This document shows positions 24,711-37,050 of a DNA stretch of 64,000 nt, piece after piece; position 1 is the stretch's first letter; each line of letters starts with the position of its first letter. Location: assembly GCF_006345805.1 (NCBI RefSeq), contig NC_043009.1, forward strand, positions 20,398,001 to 20,462,000, given 5' to 3'. The translations under genes and the position numbers were made by a program. This DNA comes from Octopus sinensis. Lineage: Eukaryota. Under the pieces are notes generated by a model. It was not told the origin of the DNA. It did no database searches and saw only the letters and a list, made by a program, of their open reading frames with translations.

Positions 24711-25404
24711 CATTGCACACACATGACCATCGTCCATCTTTCCTTTCCTCATGTGACCATCTTTCTTTTCCTGCATGGACATTCAAAAGACTGGACGTTT
24801 TTTGTCTCTCTTCTATCTTTTCTCTTTTTAAATAAAAGGAGTAGATAGACAGCTAAAAGCTGATGAAGGGTTATTTCTCTGTGTTTACTTGTCCTGTTTT
24901 CCATTTTTTCTCTTGTTGTTTACATATTCGATATGTTGTCTACGTATTTCATGTTGTTTGCACTGTTGGTAACGTCCTGTACTCTGTAATATATATGCTT
25001 ATATATATTATTTATTATTATTATATATATATATATATATAAAGACATACACGTATGTGGGACAATGACAGTGTAACATGTTACACCTACAGAAAACTGG
25101 GGATGCATTAATATTGTGAGAAGGAAGGAGTTGGTGAAATGTTTGGAGTGGTGGTAGGAGGCCAGACAAATAACTGAAGGAGGAGAGACGTTGATATGAG
25201 ACCAGACGGCTGTGAGGTGCAGAAGCCACAATAGAAAGTATAAAGAGAGGAGATAGTTTATATGTGTCGTAGGGGTTAAAGTAGCAAGGCTGTGATTGAT
25301 GCCAGCATGGCTAGGATCCACATTGCTGTCATCTATCTCTGCAACATCATCATCTTTGTTATAGACTGGTCTTAAAGAACTAAAAACCATTATTGTCCTT
25401 TTAG

Positions 25405-25640
25405 GTGTTTCTGGATATTGTCAAACTGCTGGACCCAGAAATGTATAATCCCCAAAGTCCTGAAGAAATGGAAACTTCCACCAAGGACATTACCGAGATG
25501 AAGATTATTAATCAGTTTGCCTCTAATATTATTGAACCAAACTTGAATGAAAACGCAAACCATCAAATGGAAGAACAGAAGAAACAACTGGGAAACAAAT
25601 CTTCTTTGGCTAATTCTGTTCCAGTTGCCACTTCTAACAA
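25405..25640 (+). CDS. FAM47E: FAM47-family gene, exon 4
   Basis: ttttAG|GTG, VFLDIVKLLDPEM (FAM47 LLDP motif); donor aa|GTgagt, phase 2. Confidence 0.88.
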
Positions 25641-26375
25641 GTGAGTCGTCAATATTTTTTGTAATCTTCTTGTACACAACAACAGAAACAGTGATGGCAT
25701 TGACTGTTTCTCTCAGACATTCTTCACAGACTAATTAGGCTGCTTGCTAATTACTTATTCCTTCATTAGGAATTACAAACTTCTTTGTTCGGACAAGCAG
25801 AATGAATAGAGTTACCTCCCTTGTTTAAGAACTGTAAAATGTTTATCCAACTTCGATTCGAACTATGAACTTTTCTGTCTACTTCCACATGTTGAATACT
25901 TTTAATAACTGAATGTTTGTAAATAGATCCGATCCAAACCGGGACGATAGAGAAATAGACAGAAGACAATGATATTTATTGGAGTAATGTTGAAGAGTCT
26001 TCTATACTCAAGGAGTTTGACTGGGAGTCTTTCTTGGAGTGTTGTAATACTTAACGCCTCTCATCATCATCATCATCATCATCGTTTAGCGTCCGTTTTC
26101 CATGCTAGCATGGGTTGGACGGTTCAACTGGGGTCTGTGAAGCCAGAAGGCTTCATCAGGCCCAGTCAGATCTGGCAGTGTTTCTACGGCTGGATGCCCT
26201 TCCTAACGCCAATGCCCTTCCTAACTTGAAGGAAATTCTTTAAAAGAAAACAAAAAAAAGCTATTTTTCATTCCCATATTTTGAGCTGTAATTGCAATTA
26301 TCAGAAATCGTTGCAGAAAATTACAACTGATATCCAAAGACACAATCTTCAACGGCATGACTATACCAATAATAA

Positions 26376-27714
26376 CACTGGTCAACACATATTTTCTGGC
26401 ACAAGGTTTATCAATGGTTTTTAGTTAATTTTGGGGTACTAAATCCAAACATGGCACCAGATTTTGTCTGTCACGTCAGATTTTTTAGTTATAAAATCTT
26501 TTAATTTTTCTAGAAACAGCCATTTAATGCCCATAAAGGAAGAATTTGTAGATGCAATTTTTAATAGACAATGTCTTTTGTTTAATCTAATAAATCAAAA
26601 CACAAAGTTGTAGGGATAAATGCCCATTAGCATGTAAGAAGTTTGATGTACAAAATCTCTATTCGTTGTGGTCTTTAATTCTGATCATCTTATTACTGCA
26701 AGAACTTCCTCTTTTTTTGACAATCTCTTGTGCACAGCTTCTGGAATATCTCTCATCAACCTCCAGCAGTAATCTGCCATCAGGTTTGAGTCCTTCTCAG
26801 CCTTTGTAGCATTCTTCCATTACATCTTGATGAAAGTGTTCACCTTGTTCTTTGCTAACCTCACTCAGGTTCTCTGGAAACTCACCCAAGTGATTCTGTA
26901 AGTGATTCTGCAATTTAATTCTCATTCTACATCAAAGTACTTGCAAACTCAAGATCAGCTCCTCTGCAAGTTCTTGATAGTTGTCGGCTTTCCTGTTCCC
27001 AGGGAAATTCCACACCACATCAGAGAAAGCATTCCAAGCTGCATTCATTGTTGTAACAAAATGTGGGTCCCTGAGGTATGTTCTTATTTGAGGTCCATCA
27101 AATATTCTTGCCTTCTTCTTCTCTTCACTGAGACTTGGAAAGGTTGTACATATCTATCCGGAGCAGTCTCTATTGTGATCAAGAACCTTCATGAATTGCT
27201 TCATCATACCACATTTCAACATAGGTTTTGCAAAGTTTGTGGGGAGCCCAGCTTTTGTCCTGGTCTCCAAATGTTACTTTAAAGTAAGCAAGATACACCT
27301 TCTTGACAAAGTTATTAATGTTGCATCTTTGAGCTTGTGGAGTGAAGTTTCCACAGACATAACAGAAGATATCAGGGTCTTACAACACGTTCTTCCTTTT
27401 GATGTTGTATCCATAATTAGATCACAGTGGTTCAGTTCACACCTGAAAAGAAGAGGAAGGACTTTAAAACAAAACTCAGCTTGAACATATTCTTCAAAAT
27501 TAGCATGACAATCCAGCCAAAATTCCTGCATATAGTGTTGTAAAGTTAACTTTTGGTATGCTCCAGGTAAATAAAGGTATATACCGACGGCACAAAAATG
27601 TGATGTGATAGAGCAAATCTGGGGTCAGATTTGGAATCAGCACCAAAAAATTAGTCTAAAACAGCTCTAAGATTTGATGCCAGAAAATAAAAGTTTTATT
27701 TTGTTGATCCAGTG
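26376..27714 (-). mobile_element. Chapaev3/CMC-like DNA transposon remnant, internally deleted
   Basis: Minus strand: MLKCGMMKQFMKVLD...FPSLSEEKKKARIFDGPQIR...NHLGEFPENLSEVSKEQGEHFHQD with stops; imperfect TIRs begin CACTGG at 26376 and end CCAGTG at 27714. Superfamily assigned from recalled motif similarity. Confidence 0.7.
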
Positions 27715-27889
27715 TACTTGGACATTGTCTGACAGGACAGTTCCAGAGGAAGCGATCGGATTACTCAATGGAAATTTAACCGGACACCGTCCACCCTCCC
27801 TTTCCTCTCTGTTATAGTGGGTGGGCGGAGGGTGGAGGTGAGAGGAGTGATTGAGATGCTTTGTCATTGAGTTTGTTGTCTACTTTCAG

Positions 27890-27989
27890 CGATGGTGAAA
27901 CAGTGCGTAACCCATATCGGTGGCTGACCACGAAAAACGAAGACAAAAACAAAGAACAAAAGAAAGGAGACAGAATATCAGATGCACAT
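27890..27989 (+). CDS. FAM47E: FAM47-family gene, exon 5
   Basis: tttcAG acceptor, phase 2 restored; DGETVRNPYRWL; donor cat|GTaaga. Confidence 0.85.
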
Positions 27990-28124
27990 GTAAGATACAC
28001 TATGGCATCAAATGTACATCGTTTGCAGGATAGCATCAACATGTGTGTGTGTGTACATATACACATAGATACATACATATACATACACTCACACACATAC
28101 ATTCTGTTTGTGTATGTATATACA

Positions 28125-28165
<41 letters not shown>

Positions 28166-28734
28166 GTATACATATAAGGTTATAAGGTATACATACACGC
28201 ACACACACATGGACATGTAGGATATACAAACAACATTTGTTGAAATGCTATGTCACCATCAGTCATGGATTTTGTTAATTACAAATGGTTGAAACTTCTT
28301 GGATCCACAGACAGTGGATCTTTCATAGTGTCAGTGGCGTATCACATATTTATCACAATGAGATTCTACCACTTGCACAACTCGAGGCACTCAGAAAGTA
28401 TAGTTGAGGTATGAGAGTTTGTGATTCTCTGCTCCCTTACATGGATGAGTTCCCTATTGAAGTGCTACTATGTGGATGAAGTCTTATTGATCACCAACAG
28501 ATGAATATAACCTTAGACATCATCTTCTAGATTCTCTGCTATCTCTCTTTCTCTCTTTTATATTTTGGTTGTTACTCGATCATCATAAAATTCAATGGAC
28601 AAACTATTACATATTGCACATGTCAATAATTTGACAGTCCACAAATTAAACATATTACATTTGACAGATGTGCTGTCATATATATTACATGTGTCAATTT
28701 GTAAAGCAAGTGTTTCTGTTATTGTGTCTTCCAG

Positions 28735-28986
28735 AATGATCATGTGAAAAATGTTATCCAAGAATTTTGTGAATGGGTATCAAGTCTTGGAGGAGACAAC
28801 AGTATTGATGAGTCAACTATTAATGCACTTTTTAGCAATGATTATGAAAATAAACCAACTCTTTCTGTTCCAATTGAAATTGTTGACATTTCTCAAGGTA
28901 CACACCATAACCTTGATGTGTCAGATAAAGTTTACCAAAACCAGAAACCTATCCAAAACAAAAGATTGAAACATAGACCGGCTGCA
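28735..28986 (+). CDS. FAM47E: FAM47-family gene, exon 6
   Basis: ttccAG; QEFCEWVSSLGG...IDESTINALFSNDYENKPTLSVPI; donor gca|GTaaga. Confidence 0.88.
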
Positions 28987-29074
28987 GTAAGAAACAAATG
29001 GTTTTCATTCTTTCTTTTTTTTTCTCTTACAAAAAGGAGTTTGCTATTATCTTTTATCTCTTACTTATTTAAGC

Positions 29075-29413
29075 CATTAGACTGTGGCCATGCTGGGGCA
29101 CCACCTTGAAGAATTTTGAGTCAAATGAATTGACCCCAGTACTTATTCCATTGGTCTCTTTTGCCAAACCAATAAGTTATGGGGATGTAAACACACCAAC
29201 AATGTTTGTCAAGCAGTGATGGTAGGACAAACAGACACAAAGACACACACACACATATGACACGATGCTTTCAGTTTCCGTCTACCAAATCCACCCACAA
29301 GGCTTTTGTCAGCCTGAGGCTATAGTAGAAAACACTTCCCCAAGATGCTATGCAGTGGGTCTGAACCCAGAACCATGTGGCTGGGAGACAAACTGTTTAC
29401 CACACAGCCACAC
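29075..29413 (-). mobile_element. SINE family A
   Basis: Same head and tail as the other family A copies. Confidence 0.8.
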
Positions 29414-29574
29414 CTGTTTTAAAGTATTCCAAAATATTCTCAAAGGTTTAGACCTGTTGGCCATCTCAGGCTTTTTCAAGAGAAATAATTCTTCACTATT
29501 TGAATTATTAAATTAAGGGAATCTCCTCTATTTCCATAAACCTTTAAAACCTGATCATTGTTCTGTAGCCCTCA

Positions 29575-29775
29575 GATCAGCCCTGACCAAATTGACTAAT
29601 GGTGTTGTTGTTGTGTAGCCCCAGGTCAGTCCTGATTAAGGAAATCTATGATCTATTGTCAAAGGTCTTCCTTTTCTGGCCACCATGCTTTATTTTTACG
29701 ACTAGATTATCTTGGACTTTCTTAAGACAATGGATTGTGTTTTGAAGGAGATTTAGCTGTTGTTTCTAGCAGATT
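29575..29775 (+). repeat. Unclassified dispersed repeat (about 4 copies in the window)
   Basis: TAGCCC.AGGTCA....CTGAT...GATTT..AGG.GATTTAGCTG.T.TTTCTAGCA pattern recurs at about 17575-17710, 45880-46030 and 56870-56960. Confidence 0.5.
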
Positions 29776-30385
29776 CAGGAAACACAGAGGTTCGCTCATT
29801 GGTTCAATGATGATTAAATAACGAAATGATAGCCACAACTTAACAGATAAGAAAAACATCCACTGAGTTGGTGCAATAAACGTGCTGTGCTTCTCTGGTA
29901 AGGAACCACACAAAGACATATTTGGGTTAAAGAAGACAATCCAGTGTGGCAATCCAGGCAGGGTGCCTTTATTTGCCTCTGCTGTCCTCTGTTTTATGTG
30001 TCCTGTGGTGGCCATAATGGAATCAGGCATGACAGAGTGGAAGCATGGCACTTGCTTTGCCATGGTTGTGTGCCTCTCATCACCAAACTATCACACTGCA
30101 ACCATCTACACCGACCTTCCCACCTCCATCCCATCATCATATCAATCCCCACACACACATGCACAGAAGAGGACCCAGAGTTTGTAGACAGCAAAGTTTT
30201 CAGGCGTTTACAAAAAAAAACACCCTTATTTTCCATATTTAAATCTTTTAAAAAATATTTTATGTAAAATTTGTTATTAAATCAACAAGGTTGCCAAAAT
30301 ATCAAATAGAATACCTTATGGTGTGTGTGTGTGTGTATGATGCTAATATATTCATTTTCTCAAGACAATAATTTTCTTTTGCCAG

Positions 30386-30595
30386 AAACCATTAACACTT
30401 CCTCCATTATCTCACAAGAACAGTAAAAATCGCACAGAGCAAGTCTCACTATTTCCAACTAAAAGACCAGTGTTTGGTGCCTGGTATCTTCCAGTGAAGG
30501 CATGGAAGAAAGAAGATAATGAAAACCAATTAGAAGATTCTAAAGAATTACCAAGTGAAGAATTATCAGAGAGGAAAAAACTTAGTATTAGTCTG
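30386..30595 (+). CDS. FAM47E: FAM47-family gene, exon 7
   Basis: ttttgccAG; FGAWYLPVKAWKK (FAM47 YGAWYLxPKxWK motif); donor ctg|GTaaat. Confidence 0.88.
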
Positions 30596-30684
30596 GTAAA
30601 TCTCTCTCTCTTTTTATGTTCATACACACACTCACATATATATATATATACATACATATATACATACATACATAAAAGGACCCC

Positions 30685-30995
30685 CTTTGGTCATGAATGG
30701 ACCATGGATTTGCACCCAGGAAGTTCCCCTCTGAGGCACAAGTCTGGACAAGATTGTTTACAGAAGACTAACAGTCATCCATGCATACCAGTTTCTCCTC
30801 TCCACACCACCAATATTATCCAAGGGAAAGGCAAAGGCGCTGATAGGGCCGGGCACCAGTGATGTCACAACTCAGTGCTACAGATGAGTGAACTGGAGCA
30901 ACATGAAAATAAAGTGTCTTGCTCAACAACACGGTCAGGGAATCGAACTCACTACCTCATGATTGTGAGCCCAGCATTCTAACCACTGAGCCATA
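30685..30995 (-). mobile_element. tRNA-headed SINE (family D)
   Basis: Minus-strand head TGGCTCAGTGGTTAGAATG...GTGAGTTCGATTCCCTGACC; related copies at about 40890-41110 and 53880-54170. Confidence 0.65.
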
Positions 30996-31007
30996 CATAC
31001 ATATATA

Positions 31008-31146
31008 CAGGACGGGCCAAATGTTATGCACCAAATAAGTTCAATACTCTCCAGAATTGTCAAAGACACGTTTCAATTTTCCTAAAATTGGATAGAATAA
31101 GTAAAATAATGATAGATACACATTTACTTGTACATGAAGAACAGAA

Positions 31147-31184
<38 letters not shown>

Positions 31185-32151
31185 TAATAATAATAATTAA
31201 TAATAATAATAATAATAAACCTCTCAATGGCAAATACCCAGAGAGCAAATAATGCTGATGTTGACAAAGCCCTTACCTCTGGCTTAAAATCTGAAACAGA
31301 AGGGTTTATCATAGCAGCCCAAGATCAAGGCCTACCAACAAGGAACTACCAGGCCAACATATTAAAGAACGGCAGTAGCCCAACATGTCATGTACGTCAA
31401 CAACAAAATGAAACCATTGATCATATTGTCTCCATGTGCAGCCTTCTTGCGCCTACAGAGTATCTCAACAGGCATCATAGAGCTGCACAATATATTCACT
31501 GGGTAATTTGCAGAAGCCTGGACTTGGCCCATGATAAAAACTGGTGGGAACACAAACCATCTCCAGTGCTTGAAAATGACCACATCTCACTCCTCTGGAA
31601 CTTCACCATTCAAACTGACAGAAAGATAGATGCAAATAGGCCAGACATCATATTGAAAGACTTCAGATAAAAATCATGCCTCCTCATTGATATGACTGTC
31701 CCAATCGATATAAACGTATCTGTCAAGATCTACCAAAAACTGAGCAAGTATAAAGATCTTGAAATAGAAATTAGCAAAATGTGGAACCTGAAGACTATAA
31801 CAATACCTGTTGTCATAGTTGCCCTGGGAATGATAGCAAGGGGGGCTGATTGCTGCCTGGCTCAGATGCTGGGAGGCCCTGGGGTGGTAGAAAGTTGGAA
31901 GATAGTGTTCATAGGAACTGCCCATATCCTACACAAAAGGCTTTCTATGTAATCTCAAATTTTAAAACAAACACAATTTTCTTATGGTTTCTTAAACATT
32001 CTCTAGAATGTACAAAACCAAATATATGGCACCCTAGGCATAACACCAACGTGAACTTCTAACTTGTTGTCTCTTGAGGTCTCTGGGTTAGACTTGGAGC
32101 CAACTTGTACAAATGTAAAGCAAAAGTCAAACATAGAATAATAATAATAAC

Positions 32152-32194
<43 letters not shown>

Positions 32195-32241
32195 TAAGTA
32201 ATATGTCAAATGTTTTGGTCTGTAACTTTTGGTCCACTCTG
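31008..32241. mobile_element. Non-autonomous Tc1/mariner-like element split by the R4-like LINE
   Basis: TA-CAGGACGGGCCAAATGTTATGCACC at left; the reverse complement of the right end reads CAGAGTGGACCAAAAGTTACAGACC. Confidence 0.55.
31218..32136 (+). mobile_element. R4/Dong-like non-LTR retrotransposon, 3' fragment (RLE endonuclease)
   Basis: ETEGFIIAAQDQ, ETIDHIVSMC, YLNRHHRAAQYIHW, LLWNFTIQTD...NRPDI, LIDMTVP, KLSKYKDL; (AAT)n on both sides (31149-31217, 32137-32192). Confidence 0.92.
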
Positions 32242-32311
32242 TGTATGTATGTATGTGTGTGTGTGTGTGTGTGTGTATGTGTTTGTGTGTGTGTGTATGT
32301 ATGCATGCATA

Positions 32312-32623
32312 CAGTGGCATACTGGCCAGGTTGCCAGCTTACCCAATGGCAAGTGGGCCGCTGCGCCATTATAATCCCTATATGGAGGTCCATGTTAGTA
32401 TCTAAGGGGGGCCATCCCCCAAAGTTTGAGAATTTTTTATTCACTCCTGGAAGAATGTATTAATTATTTCAGCCTGGCTGTGTTTGTAGACAGTTGAAAA
32501 GCATACTTTTAACAAAAAAAAAAAAAAAAATTAAATGATAGCATTGTGGGGGGCCCCGTTGTAGTTGCAGGTGGGCCCCTTAGTCTCCTGGCAACCAATA
32601 TTTTTAGACCCAGTCCACCACTG
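32312..32623. mobile_element. hAT-like MITE
   Basis: Ends CAGTGG...CCACTG; 8-bp flanks CATGCATA and CATGCATG (7/8 match, TSD-like). Confidence 0.6.
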
Positions 32624-32699
32624 CATGCATGTATGTATGTATGCATTTTAGTAAGTCAGTTAGTTAGTAAAATCAATAAAAAAAAGTACAGTTGCCATG

Positions 32700-33290
32700 G
32701 GAAACGGAAAATCTAACGTTTCAGGCAGGATATTTCTTGAGGGAAAATTGGAATGGAGAGAAATAAGTGAGAGATGGAATGTCAATGGTATGTTGCAAAT
32801 GTGCTCCTGAAAGCAGTCAGCAAGGCATTAGCCTGTTTCCCCTATAGGCACAAGGTGTATGGTAAAGGAAGTGTGAAGAGTAGAGAGGAACCTTGAGAAA
32901 GAAGTTCAGAGGGGTCAAATTGAGAAGGGGTGTTAAGGAAGCAGAGAAGTTATGGGAGAGAAGGCTGTGAGATAACTGGACACAGAGTGAAGGGCATGGA
33001 AGGAGATGCTGGACAGTGCCATAGAGGTAGGAAGAAGAGGTAGAGCAAGATGCTACAAAAGCATTCTAGATGGAGATCCTGAGGAGTGTGATAGGAGTAG
33101 GGGATAGGTACAGGGAGAGAGAAAAAGGCTAAGAGTGATTAGTGAGGTAAGAGATGTTGGGTACCTAATAGAGGTAACCCAGGAATGATTTTTCTGGAAA
33201 TGGTGAAGAGATATGAGTCTTGGAGGGAGGGGTGGGGATATGTAAAGTAATTGGTGGGCAGTAAGGTGTGGTTGGTGGAGTATAATATGT
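32700..33290 (-). mobile_element. Highly decayed second Penelope-like element (GIY-YIG end)
   Basis: Minus strand 32790-32847 reads IGETG*CLADCFQEH (consensus YIGETGRxLxDRFxEH), followed by CCTGAAACGTTAG typical of pLTR ends. Confidence 0.55.
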
Positions 33291-33450
33291 TCCATGTGTC
33301 ACAAAATCTTCTGTAAATAATGAATTATTTGTTAGAAATTCCATATTACATTAAGCACAGTTACTTAAGTTCATTGTTAGAGATAGAGTATGGTACACAA
33401 TCTTTGGTTATTTCTACAGAATAAGAAAGTGATAATATTTTATTTCACAG

Positions 33451-33528
33451 AATTCCAAACTGTCTTTGTTGTATTGTTCACAAGCATTTTTAGACTGGAT
33501 CAACAATAGAGGATACAGAAAACCAGAA
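33451..33528 (+). CDS. FAM47E: FAM47-family gene, exon 8
   Basis: tttcacAG; SQAFLDWINNRGYRKPE; donor gaa|GTaagt; joins FL of exon 9 (GYRxPxFL motif). Confidence 0.88.
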
Positions 33529-33934
33529 GTAAGTTCTGCTTTTGTTTTATCAGACATTGGTGTGTTAATGCATGTTGTGTAATCCTTTTATATAATTGTG
33601 TTAACACAGTTATTATGCACAAAATAGTGCACGTGTTACTGTGTGTGCGACAAAACAGTGTATATCTATTATACATCAATGTTCTCATATATATATGGCA
33701 TACAATAATTTGAGAACACTTATTTTCCAAAATCTTAAGATTTATTTCATTTTTGTTTCAGTGAAATTTTGTCAAACTCTATATTTGTTGAGTCCAAAGA
33801 ACAAACCAATATTTGGTATATTCCATTGAATACATCACTGTTTGAAAATAAGTCTCTTATTATCCAAACTATAATTAAATGGAATTGTTAGAACCCTCAT
33901 GGGTTTAATTTTGTTTTTCTTTTTTCATTTTTAG

Positions 33935-34039
33935 TTCTTGAAGGAGATTACACTTCTACAGCAACAAACCAAGTTAAAGAACGAAGAGCAAAGTGTTGAA
34001 AGAGAAAAATCATTGAATTCCAAAACAATCCAAATGTAA
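33935..34039 (+). CDS. FAM47E: FAM47-family gene, exon 9 (terminal)
   Basis: ttttttcattttTAG acceptor; FLKEITLL...TIQM*; the nine exons sum to 1398 nt (465 aa plus stop). Confidence 0.82.
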   Translation, partial: FLKEITLLQQQTKLKNEEQSVEREKSLNSKTIQM

Positions 34040-34984
34040 ACAGCTTTGAGAAATTTCAGATTCTTTCAATTATTTCAGAAAAGTTTTGTTTTTGTTCCTG
34101 ATAAAAGTATTTTCTGGAATTTTGTAGTAAATTCAGCTCAAAGATATTTGATTCAAAATAAAGTTTCTAAGTGTTAAATACATGTTAATGTTTAATAGAA
34201 TTACCATTTTCCAAACTATTAATCTCATTCTCAGTTATTCTATTTCGGTTTTGGCTAACAGTTCTCACCTGTGTTCTTCATCAGTTGAATATTATTCCAT
34301 GTTTTTTTTTCCCAGAGTCTCTTAACAGACTTCAAGTCCTTCTGAAAGGTTTCATACTATGTGCCCCATGATCTTTCCCTGTCTTTTGCATTCTCCTGTT
34401 GGTGCCTAATGTTGCTTTAACATATCAATTATCTATTTGTGGCAGGATGGAACCAACCAATCACATTTCTTGTTCCACTGCCAAGTATTGGAGACTTTGC
34501 AGCAACAAAACCCTTCTTAAGAATTCTTTGTTTCTTATATGATCAGGATACAAAATTCTAAAGATTTTTTCCATGCAGCATTGGTAAAAGACCTTCAGCA
34601 TTTTGATGAATTTTTCAGTTATCTCTCACATTTTGCTTGCCACTGGGTTAGGGTTAGGGTTATTCACTGAAATACTACTGTCACCTTTCCAATTCTGAAT
34701 TTAAGAACAGTTCTGGCATGTCCATCATTGTAAAGAACACTGTCAACACATCACCTCATGTCTTTCACAGTCTTGTCTTCAACTATCAAAGTCAGTTTCA
34801 TAACCAATCTCCAAGCTCATTATCTTTTCTATATTCATTCTCAGTCTAGTTTTCTTTGTCACCTCATCCAGGAGTTGAGGCTGTTATAGACATTGTCAGG
34901 ATTCTTCCAGCTTGAAGGCATTGTCAATGAATGCCATATTAAACAAACTTTTATGATCTTTTCACAGAGGGACTAGCTAGTCTG

Positions 34985-37050
34985 CCAAATGTCAATCCAA
35001 CAGAGGGACCAGCTATCTGAATTGACAGTAGCTTGGTAGATAAAGCAATTAAGGATATTAAGACAAGGGAAAGCCTCCAGCCCATTAGGAATCACTGCTG
35101 AGATGCTTAAAATATCTGGCAGCATAGGCTATAGCCTAGTCACCTGTATAGTCAACCAGGTGATACATGAAAGAGTCACACCCAATGACAGGTGTGGCAG
35201 CACCATAGTCAACTGCTACAAAGGTAAAGGTGATGCATTAGATACAAATAATTACAGAGGTATCAAATTGTTGGATCAGGTGATGAAAGTTACAGAGAGG
35301 GTCAAAGCCCAATTAATTAGGGAGAGAGTTAATTTAGACAAGATGCAGTTTGAGTTTGTGCCAGAAATATAGCACCACTGATGCTATATTTCTGGTAAAA
35401 CAGTTTCAGGAGAAATTCCTAGCCAAAGATAAACCTCTGTACTTGGCTTTCATTGACATGGAGAAAGCTTTTGACAGGGTCCTCCAATCCCTTATTTGGT
35501 GGTCAGTGTCAAAACTAGGGATAGATGAGTGGTTAGTGAGAGCTGTACAAGCCACATACAGGGATGCTGTCAGTAAGGGGAGGGTTGGCAACAAGTATAG
35601 TGAAGAATTCTGGGCAGAAATAGGGGTCCACCAAGGATCAGTCCTCAGTCCTCTCTTATTCATCATAGTCCTCCAGGCAATAACAGAGGAATTCAAGACA
35701 GGATGCCCCTGGGAGCTTCTCTATGCTGATGATCTTGCTCTAATAGCTGACTCACTACCAGAACTGGAAGAAAGGTTTTAGGTGTGGAAGCAAGGTCTAG
35801 AATCAAAGGGCCTTAGAGTCAATCTAGCAAAAACCAAAGGCTTAGTAAGTAGGAAGGCAGACAAATCACAAATCCCCTTCAGGTAGATGGCCCTGCTCAA
35901 TCTGTAGAAAAGGCATAGGTAGAAACTCCATAATATGTATCCTGTGTAAGCTACAGACACAAGAGGTGCTGCAATATCAAAGGAAGGTTACCTGGGAAGA
36001 TAGTTTTTGCATGTGGCAAATGCACAGGAGCAATAAACACTGAAAATGCGCAGAAAACAGCTTCCATCAAATGCCAGAGGGTAAAACTAGAAGTAGTTGA
36101 TAGCTTCCATTACCTAGGTGACCAAGTCAGTAGTGGGAGTGGATACTCTGAGAGCATAGCTGCTAGAATAAGAAAAACCTGGGAAAAGTTCAGAGAGCTC
36201 CTACCTCTGCTGGCAACAAAGGGCTTCTCACTCAGAGTGAAAGGTAGACTGTATGATGCATATGGGTGAACAGCCATACTACACGGCAGTAAAACATGGG
36301 CTGTGACTGCTGAGGACATGTGTAGGCTTGAAAGAAATGATGCTAGTATGCTCTGCTGGATGTGTAAATGTCAGTGTGCATACATGACAGAGTGTAAACG
36401 CCCTGAGAGAAAAGTTGGACCTAAGAAGCATCAGATGTGGTGTGCAAGAGAGACAGCTGTGCTGGTATGGTCATGCGTTACATATGGATGAGGACAGCTG
36501 TGTAAAGAAGTGTCACACCCTAACAGCAGAGGGAACCTGTAGAAGACATGAGATGAGGTGGTGAAGCATGACCTTCAAACGTTGGGGCTCACAGAGGCAA
36601 TGACAAGCAACTGAGACCTTTGGAGATATGGCTGTGCTTGAGAAGACCCAGCAAGCCAAGTTACATCATAGCTGTGGCCTATGTTAGTGTTGCATAACCA
36701 GCCCATTTAAGAGTACTCTTCAAGCGTCAGACAATATGCTGTGATTGAGAAGACCTGTTGACTCAAGAGAAATCATTGTCATAGCCAATGCCAGTACCAC
36801 CCAACTGGCACCTGTGCTGGTAGCATGTAAAAAACACCCTTTGATCGTGGTCGAATACAGTGCTGGTGGCATGTAAAAAGCACCCACTACACTCTCAGAG
36901 TGGTTGGCATTAGAAAGGGCATCCAGCTATAGAAACCTTGCCAGATAAGACTGGAACCTAGTGCAGCCTCCCAGCTTGCCAGTCCTCAGTCAAACCGTCC
37001 AACCCATGCCAGCATGGAAAGTGGACGTTAAATGATGATGATAATGATGT
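34985..37050 (+). mobile_element. RTE-clade LINE, 5'-truncated and degenerate, with 3' tail
   Basis: NYRGIKLLDQVMK, LAFIDMEKAFDRV, GVHQGSVLSPLLF, LLYADDLALI, FHYLG; frameshifts and stops; ends in (GAT)n. Confidence 0.95.
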
